Assembly (NCBI GenBank): GCA_963782055.1
Contig: CAWAIF010000003.1
Coordinates: 416,001 to 480,000, forward strand
Direction: 5' to 3'
Length of the DNA: 64,000 nt
DNA from: an uncultured delta proteobacterium
GTDB taxonomy: Bacteria; Myxococcota_A; Polyangia; Polyangiales; Polyangiaceae
A program made the translations under genes and the position numbers. The notes under the pieces were generated by a model. That model was not told the DNA's origin. It searched no databases and saw only the letters and a list, made by a program, of their open reading frames with translations. Positions 19,678-28,975 of the stretch are shown here, piece by piece (the stretch's first letter is position 1; each line of letters starts with the position of its first letter).

Positions 19678-20831
19678 CCGGACGGCCGACCGTCCGCATG
19701 CTCGCGATCGGCGCCGGAGAGCAGCTCCTCGGTGGCGAGGGAGCAGCCACGCGGTGGCGACCCCTCCACGCGGCCCAGCAGCTCGAACCCCTCGTCGGCG
19801 CGCCGCACGCGGTCGGCGGTCACGACCGCGAAGGCGCTGTCCACGTTGCAGAGGTCCTCGATGCGCGCGATGCCCGCCTCGCCCAGGGGGACGGGCGCGA
19901 GGGTCTCCGGATCCACCGCCACGACGCGCATCCACGGCGGCTCGACGTACAGGCCGGGCGCGCCGCCGAGGAGGGTGCCCTCGTACGCCTGGCTGGAGAG
20001 CTCGGTCATTCCGTACTCGCTCACCACCGCGCGCTCGTCGATGCAGAAGGCCTGGGCCAGCCGGCGTCGCAGCTCGGGCGCGTCCACCTCGACGCTCTTG
20101 CCCTTGAACCCGCCGGTCTGCATGACACGCGTGGCCGGCGGCATGCGGAAGCGCTCCTCGCCGAGCCCCTCGACGAGGTGTGCGAAGGCGAGGGACGTGC
20201 CGAGCACCAGCGTGCCCATCGCGCCCTCGTAGAGGAGGCGCGCGACGCGCTCGTCGAGTGCGGCGAGATCCAGGATGCCGTCGCGGAGGAAGTACGTCTC
20301 CTCGCTCGTCGCGGGCGTGCCCCAGCTCCTCGCGAAGAAATCCATCATGTGCACCAGCGAGGAGTCGGGCATCTCGGCGGGCGGGGGACCGAGCACCAGC
20401 ACGGGCACCGGGGAGCCACCGAGGTCAAGACCTGCCCGCAGCGCGTGGCGGCCGAAGGCGAGGGCCGCCATGTCGTAGGTGGTGGTGGTGCGGAAGGGGT
20501 GCTCGCCGCGCTGGCCGACGGTGGTGCCGCTGGTGCGGAAGACGACGGGGGTCTGCGTCTGGGGGAAGGCCGAGACGCGGGCGAGCTTGAAGGCCTCGGC
20601 GGGGACCGCCGGGGCGTCAGCGGCGCGACGGATCCCGGCGGGCTCCACGCCCCGCGCGGCGCAGAGGCGCGCGTAGCCGGGGACGTGCCGCGCCTGGTAG
20701 CGAGCGAGGTCCGCCGCCAGCGCGTCGAACGTCTCCGGCATGGGCGCGTGGGCCTCGAAGGCGCGGACGAAGGCGCGAGCACGCGCGTGCAGGGCGTCGC
20801 TCTCCCCCACGTGGATGCAGGCCGCGGCCAT
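19674..20831 (-). CDS. Acyl-protein synthetase, LuxE-like
   Basis: PAVPAEAFK, FRTSGTT, MQTGGFKG, EYGMTELSSQAY, IEDLCNVDS and GRVEGSPPRGCS (acyl-accepting Cys). Confidence 0.85.
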   Translation of the reverse strand: MAAACIHVGESDALHARARAFVRAFEAHAPMPETFDALAADLARYQARHVPGYARLCAARGVEPAGIRRAADAPAVPAEAFKLARVSAFPQTQTPVVFRTSGTTVGQRGEHPFRTTTTYDMAALAFGRHALRAGLDLGGSPVPVLVLGPPPAEMPDSSLVHMMDFFARSWGTPATSEETYFLRDGILDLAALDERVARLLYEGAMGTLVLGTSLAFAHLVEGLGEERFRMPPATRVMQTGGFKGKSVEVDAPELRRRLAQAFCIDERAVVSEYGMTELSSQAYEGTLLGGAPGLYVEPPWMRVVAVDPETLAPVPLGEAGIARIEDLCNVDSAFAVVTADRVRRADEGFELLGRVEGSPPRGCSLATEELLSGADREHADGRPSG

Positions 20832-20858
20832 GGGAGTGGTGGTAGCACGCGTCCGCGG

Positions 20859-22157
20859 TCACGTCGTCTCGGCCGCGGCGAGCTGGAGCGCGGGGACGAA
20901 GGCGTCGAGCAGCGCCTCGTCGATGGTGAGGGCAGGGGTGAGGGTGAGCACGTCGCCGCGCTCCCCGCCGGTCAGGACGAGCCAGCCGCGGCGCAGCAGG
21001 GCGCGTGTCGTCGCGAGGGCGTGCCGCGCGTCGCGCATGGGGACGCCGACCATGAGGGCGCGGCCGCGCGCGGCGAAGCCGGCGCCGCGCAGCCTCTCCT
21101 GGAAGCGCGCGCCCACCTCCCGCGACCGGGCGAGCAGGCCGAGCTCCTCCACGGCGCGCAGGCACTCGAGCGCGGCGGCGCACGCCGTGGGCCAGCCGAA
21201 GTGTGTGGCGGTGTGGAGCGCGGTGCCGCCGCGTGCGCCCCAGGAGGCCATCACGCGGTCGCGCCCGATGCACGCCGAGACGGGCAGGCCGGCGCCCAGC
21301 GCCTTGCCCACGCAGACCAGGTCCGGCGTCACGCCCGCGTCGGTGCTCGCGAGCCATGCGCCCGCGCGGCCCAGGCCGGTCCAGATCTCGTCGCACACGA
21401 GCAGTGCGCGGTGCTCGTCGCACGCGCGGCGCAGGGCGGCGAGGAAGCCGGGCGGCGGGACGACGCACCCGCCGCGGCCGAGCAGCGGCTCGACGAGCAC
21501 CGCGCCGGAGCCGGCGTCGAGCGCGGCGCTCACCTGCGCGATGCACGCATCGACATCGGTCTCGGGGTACGGCACGAAGGTGACGAAGTCGCCGAGCTGT
21601 CCGGCGAAGGGCGCGCGAAATCCCTCCGAGAGCCCGCACGCGGCGAGCGGCCCGTGGCTGAGCCCGTGGTAGCCGCCGGTGAAGGCCACGACGCGCGATT
21701 TCCCGGTGGCGAGGGCGGCCGTCTTGAGCGCCGCCGTCACCGCGTCCGCGCCGGAGAGGCCGAGCATCACGCGGGCGCCTGGCTCGGGGAGGAGCGCGGC
21801 GAGGCGCTCGCACAGCGCGAGCTTCACGTCGGAGCCATAGACGTCGCCCAGGGCGAGGCCGAGTCTGCGCGCCTGCGCCTCCGCGGCGTCGAGGACGCGG
21901 GTGGGCGCGTGCCCCAGGGCGAGCGCGCCGAACCCGGCGACCAGATCGACGTAGCGGTTACCGTCGGCGTCCCAGACGTTGGAGCCCTCACCGCGCGCGT
22001 AGACGACCGGTGTCTGCTCCGCGCCGGCCACGGCCTCGCGCGCCGCGCGCCGCGCCTCGAACGCGGGGGACTCCACGCGCGCCAGCCGCGCCCCGAGCTC
22101 GCGCGTGCGAGGGCCCGGCGGCGGGACGAGGACCTCCGGCAGCTCCTGCCCGCTCAC
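20859..22157 (-). CDS. Class-III PLP-dependent aminotransferase
   Basis: DADGNRYVDLVAGFG, SGADAV, GGYHG, VEPLLGRGG, DEIWTGLGR and VGKALGAG (PLP Lys). GTGA overlap with the GGDEF gene stop. Confidence 0.88.
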   Translation of the reverse strand: MSGQELPEVLVPPPGPRTRELGARLARVESPAFEARRAAREAVAGAEQTPVVYARGEGSNVWDADGNRYVDLVAGFGALALGHAPTRVLDAAEAQARRLGLALGDVYGSDVKLALCERLAALLPEPGARVMLGLSGADAVTAALKTAALATGKSRVVAFTGGYHGLSHGPLAACGLSEGFRAPFAGQLGDFVTFVPYPETDVDACIAQVSAALDAGSGAVLVEPLLGRGGCVVPPPGFLAALRRACDEHRALLVCDEIWTGLGRAGAWLASTDAGVTPDLVCVGKALGAGLPVSACIGRDRVMASWGARGGTALHTATHFGWPTACAAALECLRAVEELGLLARSREVGARFQERLRGAGFAARGRALMVGVPMRDARHALATTRALLRRGWLVLTGGERGDVLTLTPALTIDEALLDAFVPALQLAAAETT

Positions 22158-23059
22158 GCCACGACGCGATTGCGGCCGCCGCGCTTGGCGTCGTACAGCC
22201 GCTCGTCCGCGCGCTTGATGAGGTCCATGCTCGTCTTGTCGGAGTCCGCCAGCATGGCCACGCCGATGGAGATGGTCACCTTGATGAGCTCGTTCTGGAA
22301 GACGAAGCGGGAGGTCTCCACCTTGTCGCGCAGGCCCTCGGCCAGGGCGCGGGCGCCCTCCAGGTTCGTCTCCGGCAGGACGATGGCGAACTCCTCGCCG
22401 CCGTAGCGGGCGAAGACCTCGTCGCGGCGGATGCGCCCCTGCACGATGCGCGCGAGCTCCTTGAGCACGAAATCGCCTGCCAGGTGGCCGTGGTAGTCGT
22501 TGATCTTCTTGAAGTGATCGATGTCGAACATCAAAAAGGACAGATCGCGCACGTGGCGGCGCGCGCGGACGATCTCCTTCTCCAGCGACTCGAGCAGGTA
22601 GCGCTTCACGTGCGCCTGCGTCAGGCCGTCGATGATCGTCATCCGGTAGATCTCTTCGTGGTACTGGGCCTCCACGTCCTGACCGGACAGGTACTTGAAG
22701 ATCGTCGGGCCGACCTTGATGCGGTCGCCGTTGGACAGCGGCTGCTCGCGGACGATCTGGTCGTCGTTGACGTAGGTGCCGTTGGTGGAGTTGTCGTCCA
22801 CGGCCCACCAGGTGGTGTTGCGCTGCTCGAAGTGGCAGTGCTTCCGGGAGACCGAGTCGCCCTCCAGCACGACGTGGTTCTCCGCCCCGCGGCCGACGCG
22901 CATGGGGCTGTTGTCGAGGACGAAGCGCTTGCCCAGGAGCGTGGGCTCCTTGGTGTAGATCACGACCAGACAGTCACCCCCCGGGGGACGGCCATCGCCC
23001 TCGCCCAGAGGCTTCTGTACGATGGTGGTGACGCGTGTCTTCTCGTCGGTTTCCGTCAC
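22154..23059 (-). CDS. FHA-GGDEF diguanylate cyclase
   Basis: FHA (VGR...SVSRKH...STNGTYVN) plus DIDHFKKINDYHGHLAGD...RYGGEEF, with a GGAGG RBS before GTG 23059. Confidence 0.92.
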   Translation of the reverse strand: MTETDEKTRVTTIVQKPLGEGDGRPPGGDCLVVIYTKEPTLLGKRFVLDNSPMRVGRGAENHVVLEGDSVSRKHCHFEQRNTTWWAVDDNSTNGTYVNDDQIVREQPLSNGDRIKVGPTIFKYLSGQDVEAQYHEEIYRMTIIDGLTQAHVKRYLLESLEKEIVRARRHVRDLSFLMFDIDHFKKINDYHGHLAGDFVLKELARIVQGRIRRDEVFARYGGEEFAIVLPETNLEGARALAEGLRDKVETSRFVFQNELIKVTISIGVAMLADSDKTSMDLIKRADERLYDAKRGGRNRVVA

Positions 23060-23210
23060 GGACCCGCCTCCGAAGCGCGCCCCACCCACGTCTCGGGCCT
23101 AGTCGTGTCGTACACGCGGATGGGGATCACCATGATGGGACGGAGAAATGGCTCGCGGTCTCCCCGGAAGGTAACAGAATCGGCCCATCACCGCGAGCCT
23201 GGCGGGTCGC

Positions 23211-24227
23211 TCAGCCTGCCAGCCGGGCGAGCAGATCACCCGGCAGGTCCAGGCGGTAGTCGATGACGCCCAGGGGGGCTCCGGCCCCGCCGATGGGGGG
23301 GGTGCTGACGATCGGCTGGCGGTGCAGGCTGCACTTGTGGGTCGCCAGCCAGAGCTCCACGTCCAGGGCGGATGACGGCGGCCGCGGCAGCGGACCGTGG
23401 TCGGGCCCGCGCAGGTGGACGGCGGGCCGCACGCCGTGGGCGGCGAGGGCCGCCAGGACGCGCTCGGGGTGTGCCAGCGCCGTCAGGAGGCCGACGCGCC
23501 TGCCCGCCAGCCGGTCGAGCGGCAGCACCTCGCCGTTCACCCGGACTCCGCCCACCCGGGCCGAGGCACGGAAGACCGGCTTCCCGTCGAAGGCGGTGGC
23601 GTCCGGCGGACCGCCAGCGTCAGTCGAGCCGCCGACGACCACCACCGCGTCGCACGCCGCGAGCAGGTCCGGGCTGGGTGCTCGCAGGTCCCCGCGCGGA
23701 GGGCACGCGCCGGAGCCCCACGGGGCGTGCGGGTCGACCGCGAGGAGGGACAGCGCCGCCCGCCGGGGAGCGAGCTGAAGCGGCCCGTCGAGCACCAGCG
23801 TGTCGGCGAGCCCCGCGGCGAGCTCCACGGCGGACTGGCGCGTGGGACCGACGACGACCACGGCGGAGCTGTCCGCCAGCCGCTGCGCGCACTCGAGCGC
23901 CTCGTCGCCATGGACGGTCACGCTGCCGTCGGGCGGCACGACCTGGGCGAAGGCGGGCGCGGCGCGGTGCGCGTGGCCCACCAGCGCGACTCTGGTGCTG
24001 CCGGACGCGAGGGCGGCGGCGCACGCGACGGCGAGCGGGGTCTTGCCCGAACCGCCGAGGGTTGCCCCGCCGATGCACACGACGCGCACGCCCGGCGGGA
24101 CGCGCAGCGGGCGAACGGGCCGGGAGGCCCGGGCCCAGCCCTGCTCGAGCAGGCGCCAGACGACACCGTCGGGCGGCGGGCCCTCCACGCGCTGCTGGAG
24201 CCACGAACGAAGGGTGTCGGTCACCAT
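23211..24227 (-). CDS. lpxK: Tetraacyldisaccharide 4'-kinase
   Basis: VVCIGGATLGGSGKTP, GDEA, LDGPLQ, PRGDLR and DH motifs. The sequence is divergent and the start is uncertain. Confidence 0.75.
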   Translation of the reverse strand: MVTDTLRSWLQQRVEGPPPDGVVWRLLEQGWARASRPVRPLRVPPGVRVVCIGGATLGGSGKTPLAVACAAALASGSTRVALVGHAHRAAPAFAQVVPPDGSVTVHGDEALECAQRLADSSAVVVVGPTRQSAVELAAGLADTLVLDGPLQLAPRRAALSLLAVDPHAPWGSGACPPRGDLRAPSPDLLAACDAVVVVGGSTDAGGPPDATAFDGKPVFRASARVGGVRVNGEVLPLDRLAGRRVGLLTALAHPERVLAALAAHGVRPAVHLRGPDHGPLPRPPSSALDVELWLATHKCSLHRQPIVSTPPIGGAGAPLGVIDYRLDLPGDLLARLAG

Positions 24228-24240
24228 GGTCCCGGACGCC

Positions 24241-24264
24241 CGATCGTTAGCATGCTTGCGTTCG
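24241..24264. repeat. 24-bp palindromic motif, copy 1
   Basis: CGATCGTTAGCATGCTTGCGTTCG. Confidence 0.65.
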
Positions 24265-24310
24265 GGGGTGCGCGGCCCGCGCAGGGGCGCCGGTTCAGGG
24301 GGCGTCGCGC

Positions 24311-24334
24311 CGATCGTTGGCATGCTCACGATCG
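24311..24334. repeat. 24-bp palindromic motif, copy 2
   Basis: CGATCGTTGGCATGCTCACGATCG. Confidence 0.8.
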
Positions 24335-24379
24335 GGTATCCTCCTGCCCCCGGGCCTGCACGACCCGCCCCGTCGCCCC

Positions 24380-25567
24380 ATGCAACTCGACGCCATCTGG
24401 CTCACGCGCCGGCAGATCGAGCGCGACCGCCAGCGCACCACCCGGCTCCCCGGCCTGTTCGCCCACAAGATGAACAGGATGTGCGCCTCGCCGCTCGCCT
24501 TCCTGCGCGGGGCGGCGCCGCTCTTCTACGAGGCGCTGGAGGCCGCGCCGGAGCTCGCCGAGGGCCCGGAAGGGGAGGGGTGGATCGTCGGCGACCTCCA
24601 CATGGAGAACTTCGGGGCCTTCCGCGCCACCGGCTCCCGCGAGCGCGAGGACGAGGCGGAGGTGGTCTTCGACCTGAACGACTTCGACGACTGCCTCGTC
24701 GGCCCGTGGCGCCTGGACCTGCTGCGCCTCACCACCAGCCTGGTCCTCGCCGGCCGCGACCTGGGCTCCGACGGCCGGACCACCCTCGCGCTCTGCGACG
24801 AGCTCCTCGGCTCGTACGCGTCGCACGTGTGGCGGCCGCGCGCGCTGCCGCCTCCGCCGGGCTGCGTGGAGTCGCTCGTGGAGAGCGTGTCCGGGCGGAC
24901 GCGCAAGGAGCTGCTGGAGGCGCGCACGCGCGTCGTCAGCGGGGACCGGAAGCTGGCGCGCGGCCCGCGCTACGCGGACCTCCCGGGGGACCTGGCGCGC
25001 GCGGTGCCCGCCGCGTTCGAGGAGTACGTGCGCCTCATCGACCCGAAGGGAGATCCGTCGCACTACGTCATCGAGGACATGGCGTACCGGGTGGCGGGTA
25101 CCGGCAGCCTGGGCTGCCTGCGCGTGGCGGTGCTCACGCGCGGCAAGGGGGGGCCGAGCGGACACTGGATCTTCGACATGAAGGAGCAGGGCGCCCCCTC
25201 CGCGGCCAGGCTGGTGCCCATCCCCCGGATGAACGGCGCGGAGCGCGCGGTGACGGGGATGCGGGCGTGCATCCCTCGCGTCCCGCAGAAGCTCGGCACG
25301 ACCAGCCTCGCGGGCCTCCCGATGATGGTGAGGCGCCTGGCGCCGCAGGAGGACAAGCTGGACCTCCGGCGGATCGAGGCGGCGCAGCTCCCCGACCTCG
25401 CGCGCTACCTGGGTGCGATCGTCGGGTGCGCCCACGCGCGGGGCGCGAGCAAACCCCTCACGATGGCGTGGTCCGACGGCGATCGCCGTCACCTGGTGGA
25501 TCGCGCGACGCGGCTCGCGGGGCTTCACGAGGCGGCCTACCTCGCGCTCTGCCAGCTCACCCGGTGA
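24380..25567 (+). CDS. DUF2252 family protein (kinase-like fold)
   Basis: RMCASPLAFLRGA, GDLHMENFG, FDLNDFD, RVAGTGSLG and AHAR. Confidence 0.85.
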   Translation: MQLDAIWLTRRQIERDRQRTTRLPGLFAHKMNRMCASPLAFLRGAAPLFYEALEAAPELAEGPEGEGWIVGDLHMENFGAFRATGSREREDEAEVVFDLNDFDDCLVGPWRLDLLRLTTSLVLAGRDLGSDGRTTLALCDELLGSYASHVWRPRALPPPPGCVESLVESVSGRTRKELLEARTRVVSGDRKLARGPRYADLPGDLARAVPAAFEEYVRLIDPKGDPSHYVIEDMAYRVAGTGSLGCLRVAVLTRGKGGPSGHWIFDMKEQGAPSAARLVPIPRMNGAERAVTGMRACIPRVPQKLGTTSLAGLPMMVRRLAPQEDKLDLRRIEAAQLPDLARYLGAIVGCAHARGASKPLTMAWSDGDRRHLVDRATRLAGLHEAAYLALCQLTR

Positions 25568-25571
25568 GCGC

Positions 25572-26240
25572 GTGGCCACCCGGGAAGAGAGCCGCCGCTT
25601 CTTCGACGCGATCGCGCGGCGCTACGATCGCGTCTACGGGCTGGAGCGCGACGCCTCGCGCGCGCGGATGGGGCGCATCCTGGAGCTGCTGGGCCCCGAG
25701 CCGCGCGAGGTGCTCGACCTGGGCATCGGTCCGGGGCGTGAGCTACCCGCGCTGCTCGACGCCGGTCATGGCGTGGTCGGTCTGGACCTGTCGCCGGAGA
25801 TGGTCGCGCTCTGCCATCGTCGCGCGCGGACCGTTCCCATCACCCTCGGCGACATGTACGCCCCGCTGCCCTTCGACGCCGGCGCGTTCGACGCGGTGCT
25901 GGCGCTGCACGGCACGCTCTCCCACCCGCCCGGCGAGGACGCGCTCGGGCGGCTGGCGGCGGAGCTGCGGCGCGTGCTGCGGCCGGGCGGGCTCCTCGTC
26001 GCCGAGGTGCCCTCGCCCGGGTGGGTGGCTTCCCTGGGCGAGGGCGACGCAGCCGGAGACCGGGCGCTGCGCCGCGTCGGGCCGGGCGCGGCCTGGTACG
26101 AGGACCGCGTGGTGTCCGCCGGCATCACCGTCCAGGTGCTCGAGGAGCCGGCGTGGCGCGCCGCGCTGGGCGATCACCTCGACGTCGCCTTCGAGCGCGT
26201 CGACCAGGACGAGGTACGCATCGTGGCGCGGCGGCGCTAA
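25572..26240 (+). CDS. Class I SAM-dependent methyltransferase
   Basis: VLDLGIGPG, GLDLSPEM, LPFDAGAFDAV and RVLRPGG. Confidence 0.85.
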   Translation: MATREESRRFFDAIARRYDRVYGLERDASRARMGRILELLGPEPREVLDLGIGPGRELPALLDAGHGVVGLDLSPEMVALCHRRARTVPITLGDMYAPLPFDAGAFDAVLALHGTLSHPPGEDALGRLAAELRRVLRPGGLLVAEVPSPGWVASLGEGDAAGDRALRRVGPGAAWYEDRVVSAGITVQVLEEPAWRAALGDHLDVAFERVDQDEVRIVARRR

Positions 26241-26249
26241 GGTGTCGTC

Positions 26250-27578
26250 GTGAAGTCGTCCCGCGCTCGCCTCGTGCTCGCGGCCCTCGCTGCGGCAACC
26301 CTCCTCGCCGCGCCCGCCGCGCGGGCGAACGGCCGGATCCCCGAGGCCAACCAGCTCGTCTTCTCTCCCGACGACGCCAACCTGATGGTCCTGCGCGTCA
26401 CCTTCGGGCTGCTCGTCACCCACGACGCGGGCAAGACCTGGGACTGGGTGTGCGAGTCGGCGGCCGGGTACGGCAGAAACCAGAACGAGGATCCCGCGGT
26501 GGCGCTCCTGGCGAAGGGCAACCTCGCCCTCGCCACGGTGGAGGGACTGCTCGGCTCGCCCGACACCGGGTGCTCGTGGACGAGCTTCGACGAGCGCATC
26601 TTCATCGACGACGCCACGTCGCCGGATGATCCCAGCGTCGCCGTCGCCCTGACGAACAGCTACAAGTCGACCGACGACGCCGGCGTCCCCAGCTACGACT
26701 CGGTCGTCATGCGGACCCAGAACGCGGGCGGCTCGTGGGCGCCCTCGGGCGTGGCGCTCGATCCGACGCTCGTGCTCGACACGATCGACCTGGCCAGGGG
26801 CGATCCGCAGCGCATCTACGTCAGCGGCAAGACCTTCGGCGCGCCGACGCAGGCGTTTTTGCTGGTGTCGACGGACGGCGGCCAGTCCTACACGCCGCGG
26901 ACCATCCCGCTCGCCGCGGGGGAGCACGGCGCGTACATCGCGGCGGTCGACCCGAACGTCGAGGATTGCGTCTACGTCCGCACGCTCGGCGACGGCGACG
27001 CCGGCCCCACCTCCAGCGTCAGCCGCCTGCTCGTCACCGACGACGCCGGCAAGACGTGGAACGAGCGGTGGAGCGGCGGCAAGATGCTCGGCTTCGCCCT
27101 CTCCCCCGACGGCTCGCGTGTCTGGCTGGGCGGGCCGTCGGACGGCCTGCAGTCGGCGAGCACGTCCGACTTCGCCTTCACCAAGCGCGCGGACTTCGCG
27201 GTGCAGTGCCTGACCGCGAGCGCCACCACCCTGTACGCCTGCTCCAACGAGGCGTCGGCGGGGTTCGTGCTGGGCGCCTCCACCGACGGGGGCGACACCT
27301 TCACGCCGATGCTCACGCTCGCCGGCATCCACGGGCCCATCGCCTGCTCCGACGGTACTCCCGGCGCCCAGTGCGCGAAGGAGTGGCCCGCGCAGGCTGC
27401 GTCGCTGGGCATCACCATCGACGCGGGAGCCAGCCAGGACGGCGGCACCGTGCCTCCCCCGCCCTCCGACAGCGGGTGCGGGTGCAGCGTGGGGGACCGG
27501 CGCACCTCCGCGCTCTCCCTCGGGGCCGGCCTCCTCGTCGTCCTGGGCCTCTGGTGGCGGCGGCGCGTCGCTCGCTGA
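26250..27578 (+). CDS. BNR/Asp-box beta-propeller surface protein with MYXO-CTERM sorting signal
   Basis: Signal peptide ARA-NGR, repeated SxDGGxTW/F Asp boxes, and C-terminal GCGCSVG + TM + RRR. Confidence 0.8.
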   Translation: MKSSRARLVLAALAAATLLAAPAARANGRIPEANQLVFSPDDANLMVLRVTFGLLVTHDAGKTWDWVCESAAGYGRNQNEDPAVALLAKGNLALATVEGLLGSPDTGCSWTSFDERIFIDDATSPDDPSVAVALTNSYKSTDDAGVPSYDSVVMRTQNAGGSWAPSGVALDPTLVLDTIDLARGDPQRIYVSGKTFGAPTQAFLLVSTDGGQSYTPRTIPLAAGEHGAYIAAVDPNVEDCVYVRTLGDGDAGPTSSVSRLLVTDDAGKTWNERWSGGKMLGFALSPDGSRVWLGGPSDGLQSASTSDFAFTKRADFAVQCLTASATTLYACSNEASAGFVLGASTDGGDTFTPMLTLAGIHGPIACSDGTPGAQCAKEWPAQAASLGITIDAGASQDGGTVPPPPSDSGCGCSVGDRRTSALSLGAGLLVVLGLWWRRRVAR

Positions 27579-27587
27579 GCAGCCCTC

Positions 27588-28898
27588 TCAGACCTCGAAG
27601 TCCGCCTTCTCCAGGATCTCCCCCACCCGCCACAGGAAGGCGTTCGCCTGGACGCCGTCCACCACGCGGTGGTCGTAGGAGAGCGCCATGTACATGACCG
27701 GGTGGATCGCCATCTGGTCCTCGCCCTCGGGCGACTCGACGACGACGACGCGCTTCTGGATCTCGCCCATCCGCAGGATGCCGACGTTCGGCTGGTTGAT
27801 GATGGCGCCGCCGAAGAGGTTGCCCTTGAGGCCGGGGTTGGACACGCTGAAGGTCGCGCCGCTCAGGTCGTCGATGGTGATCTTGCCGCTCTTGGCGCGC
27901 TTGGCGAGATCGTCGATGGCCCGGACGATGCCGCGCACGCCGAGCTCGTCGGCGCGCCGGACGACCGGCACCACCAGCCCGTCCGGGGAGTCCACCGCCA
28001 CGCCGATGTTGATGTCGCCGAAGATGACGTACGAGTCGTCCAGCACGCGGGCGTTGAGGGCCGAGTTCTCGCGGAGGGCGCGCGCGGCGGCGACGACGAC
28101 GAAGGCGAGCATGGTCAGCGGGTGGCCCTCCTTCTTGTAGTGCTCCTTGTGCGCTTCCCGGAGGCGCGAGGCCTTGTGCAGGTCCACCTCCGCCACCGTC
28201 ACGACGTGCGGCGAGGCGAACTTGGAGTACGTCATGTGGTCCGCGGTGAGGCGGCGCCGGCGGGTGAAGGGGATGACCTTGTCGCCCTCGCTCGGGCGGT
28301 AGGCGGGGACCTTGAACGCGCCGTAGCCCTGGCCGGGGATGGGGGGCACGAAGCCGCCGCCGGCGTTCACGAGCTGCGCGATCTGGGCCGCGGGGCGCGC
28401 GGCCGCCGGGGCGGGCGCGGGGGGAGGCGCGGCGGGCGCGCGGGCCGCCAGGACGTCGTTGCGGGTGATGCGCCCGCGATCTCCGGTGCCCTGGACGCCG
28501 GCGAGGTCGACGCCTCGCTCGAGCGCCTCCTTGCGAACGGACGGCGCCGCGATGGGCCGCCCGCCGGATACCTGCCCTGCGTTGCCGCCGGCCGGTCGAT
28601 CGTTGGCTTGCTCACGATCGCGCTCCGGGGCCGGCGCGGGGGCGGCGGCACTGGCCGAGGCCCCCTCCTCGATCTGCGCCACCACCGTCTTGACCGCGAC
28701 GACGTCCCCTTCCTTGGCCAGGAGCCTCGCCACCCGCCCCGCGGAGGGCGCGAACACGTCGGCGTCGGCCTTGTCGGTGGACACGGTGAGCAGTGGCTGG
28801 TCCTTCTTGACCACGTCGCCTTCGCGAACGAGCCACTTGCTGATGGTGCCCTCCGTCACGCTCTCGCCGAGCTGCGGAAGGCTGACGTCGATGATCAT
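27588..28898 (-). CDS. 2-oxoacid dehydrogenase E2 (dihydrolipoamide acyltransferase)
   Basis: Lipoyl domain PQLGESV...TDKA, E3-binding GTGDRGRITRND and catalytic LSYDHRVVDG. Confidence 0.92.
   Translation of the reverse strand: MIIDVSLPQLGESVTEGTISKWLVREGDVVKKDQPLLTVSTDKADADVFAPSAGRVARLLAKEGDVVAVKTVVAQIEEGASASAAAPAPAPERDREQANDRPAGGNAGQVSGGRPIAAPSVRKEALERGVDLAGVQGTGDRGRITRNDVLAARAPAAPPPAPAPAAARPAAQIAQLVNAGGGFVPPIPGQGYGAFKVPAYRPSEGDKVIPFTRRRRLTADHMTYSKFASPHVVTVAEVDLHKASRLREAHKEHYKKEGHPLTMLAFVVVAAARALRENSALNARVLDDSYVIFGDINIGVAVDSPDGLVVPVVRRADELGVRGIVRAIDDLAKRAKSGKITIDDLSGATFSVSNPGLKGNLFGGAIINQPNVGILRMGEIQKRVVVVESPEGEDQMAIHPVMYMALSYDHRVVDGVQANAFLWRVGEILEKADFEV
28597..28620. repeat. 24-bp palindromic motif, copy 3 (inside the E2 linker)
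   Basis: CGATCGTTGGCTTGCTCACGATCG. Confidence 0.8.
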
Positions 28899-28975
28899 GG
28901 CCGATCTTCTCCGGATCCTTGGGGAAAAGGCGGCACTTTCATACGCTCCCCGGCGCGGGTTCGCAACGGGCGCGC

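Noticed and set aside
18655..20831. Bioluminescence (lux) operon
   Set aside because: No luxA/luxB luciferase, luxD or luxG is in the window. Only the reductase and synthetase homologues are present.
22154..23059. Hypr-type cGAMP synthase
   Set aside because: The specificity residue is the canonical Asp (GHLAGD), not Ser.
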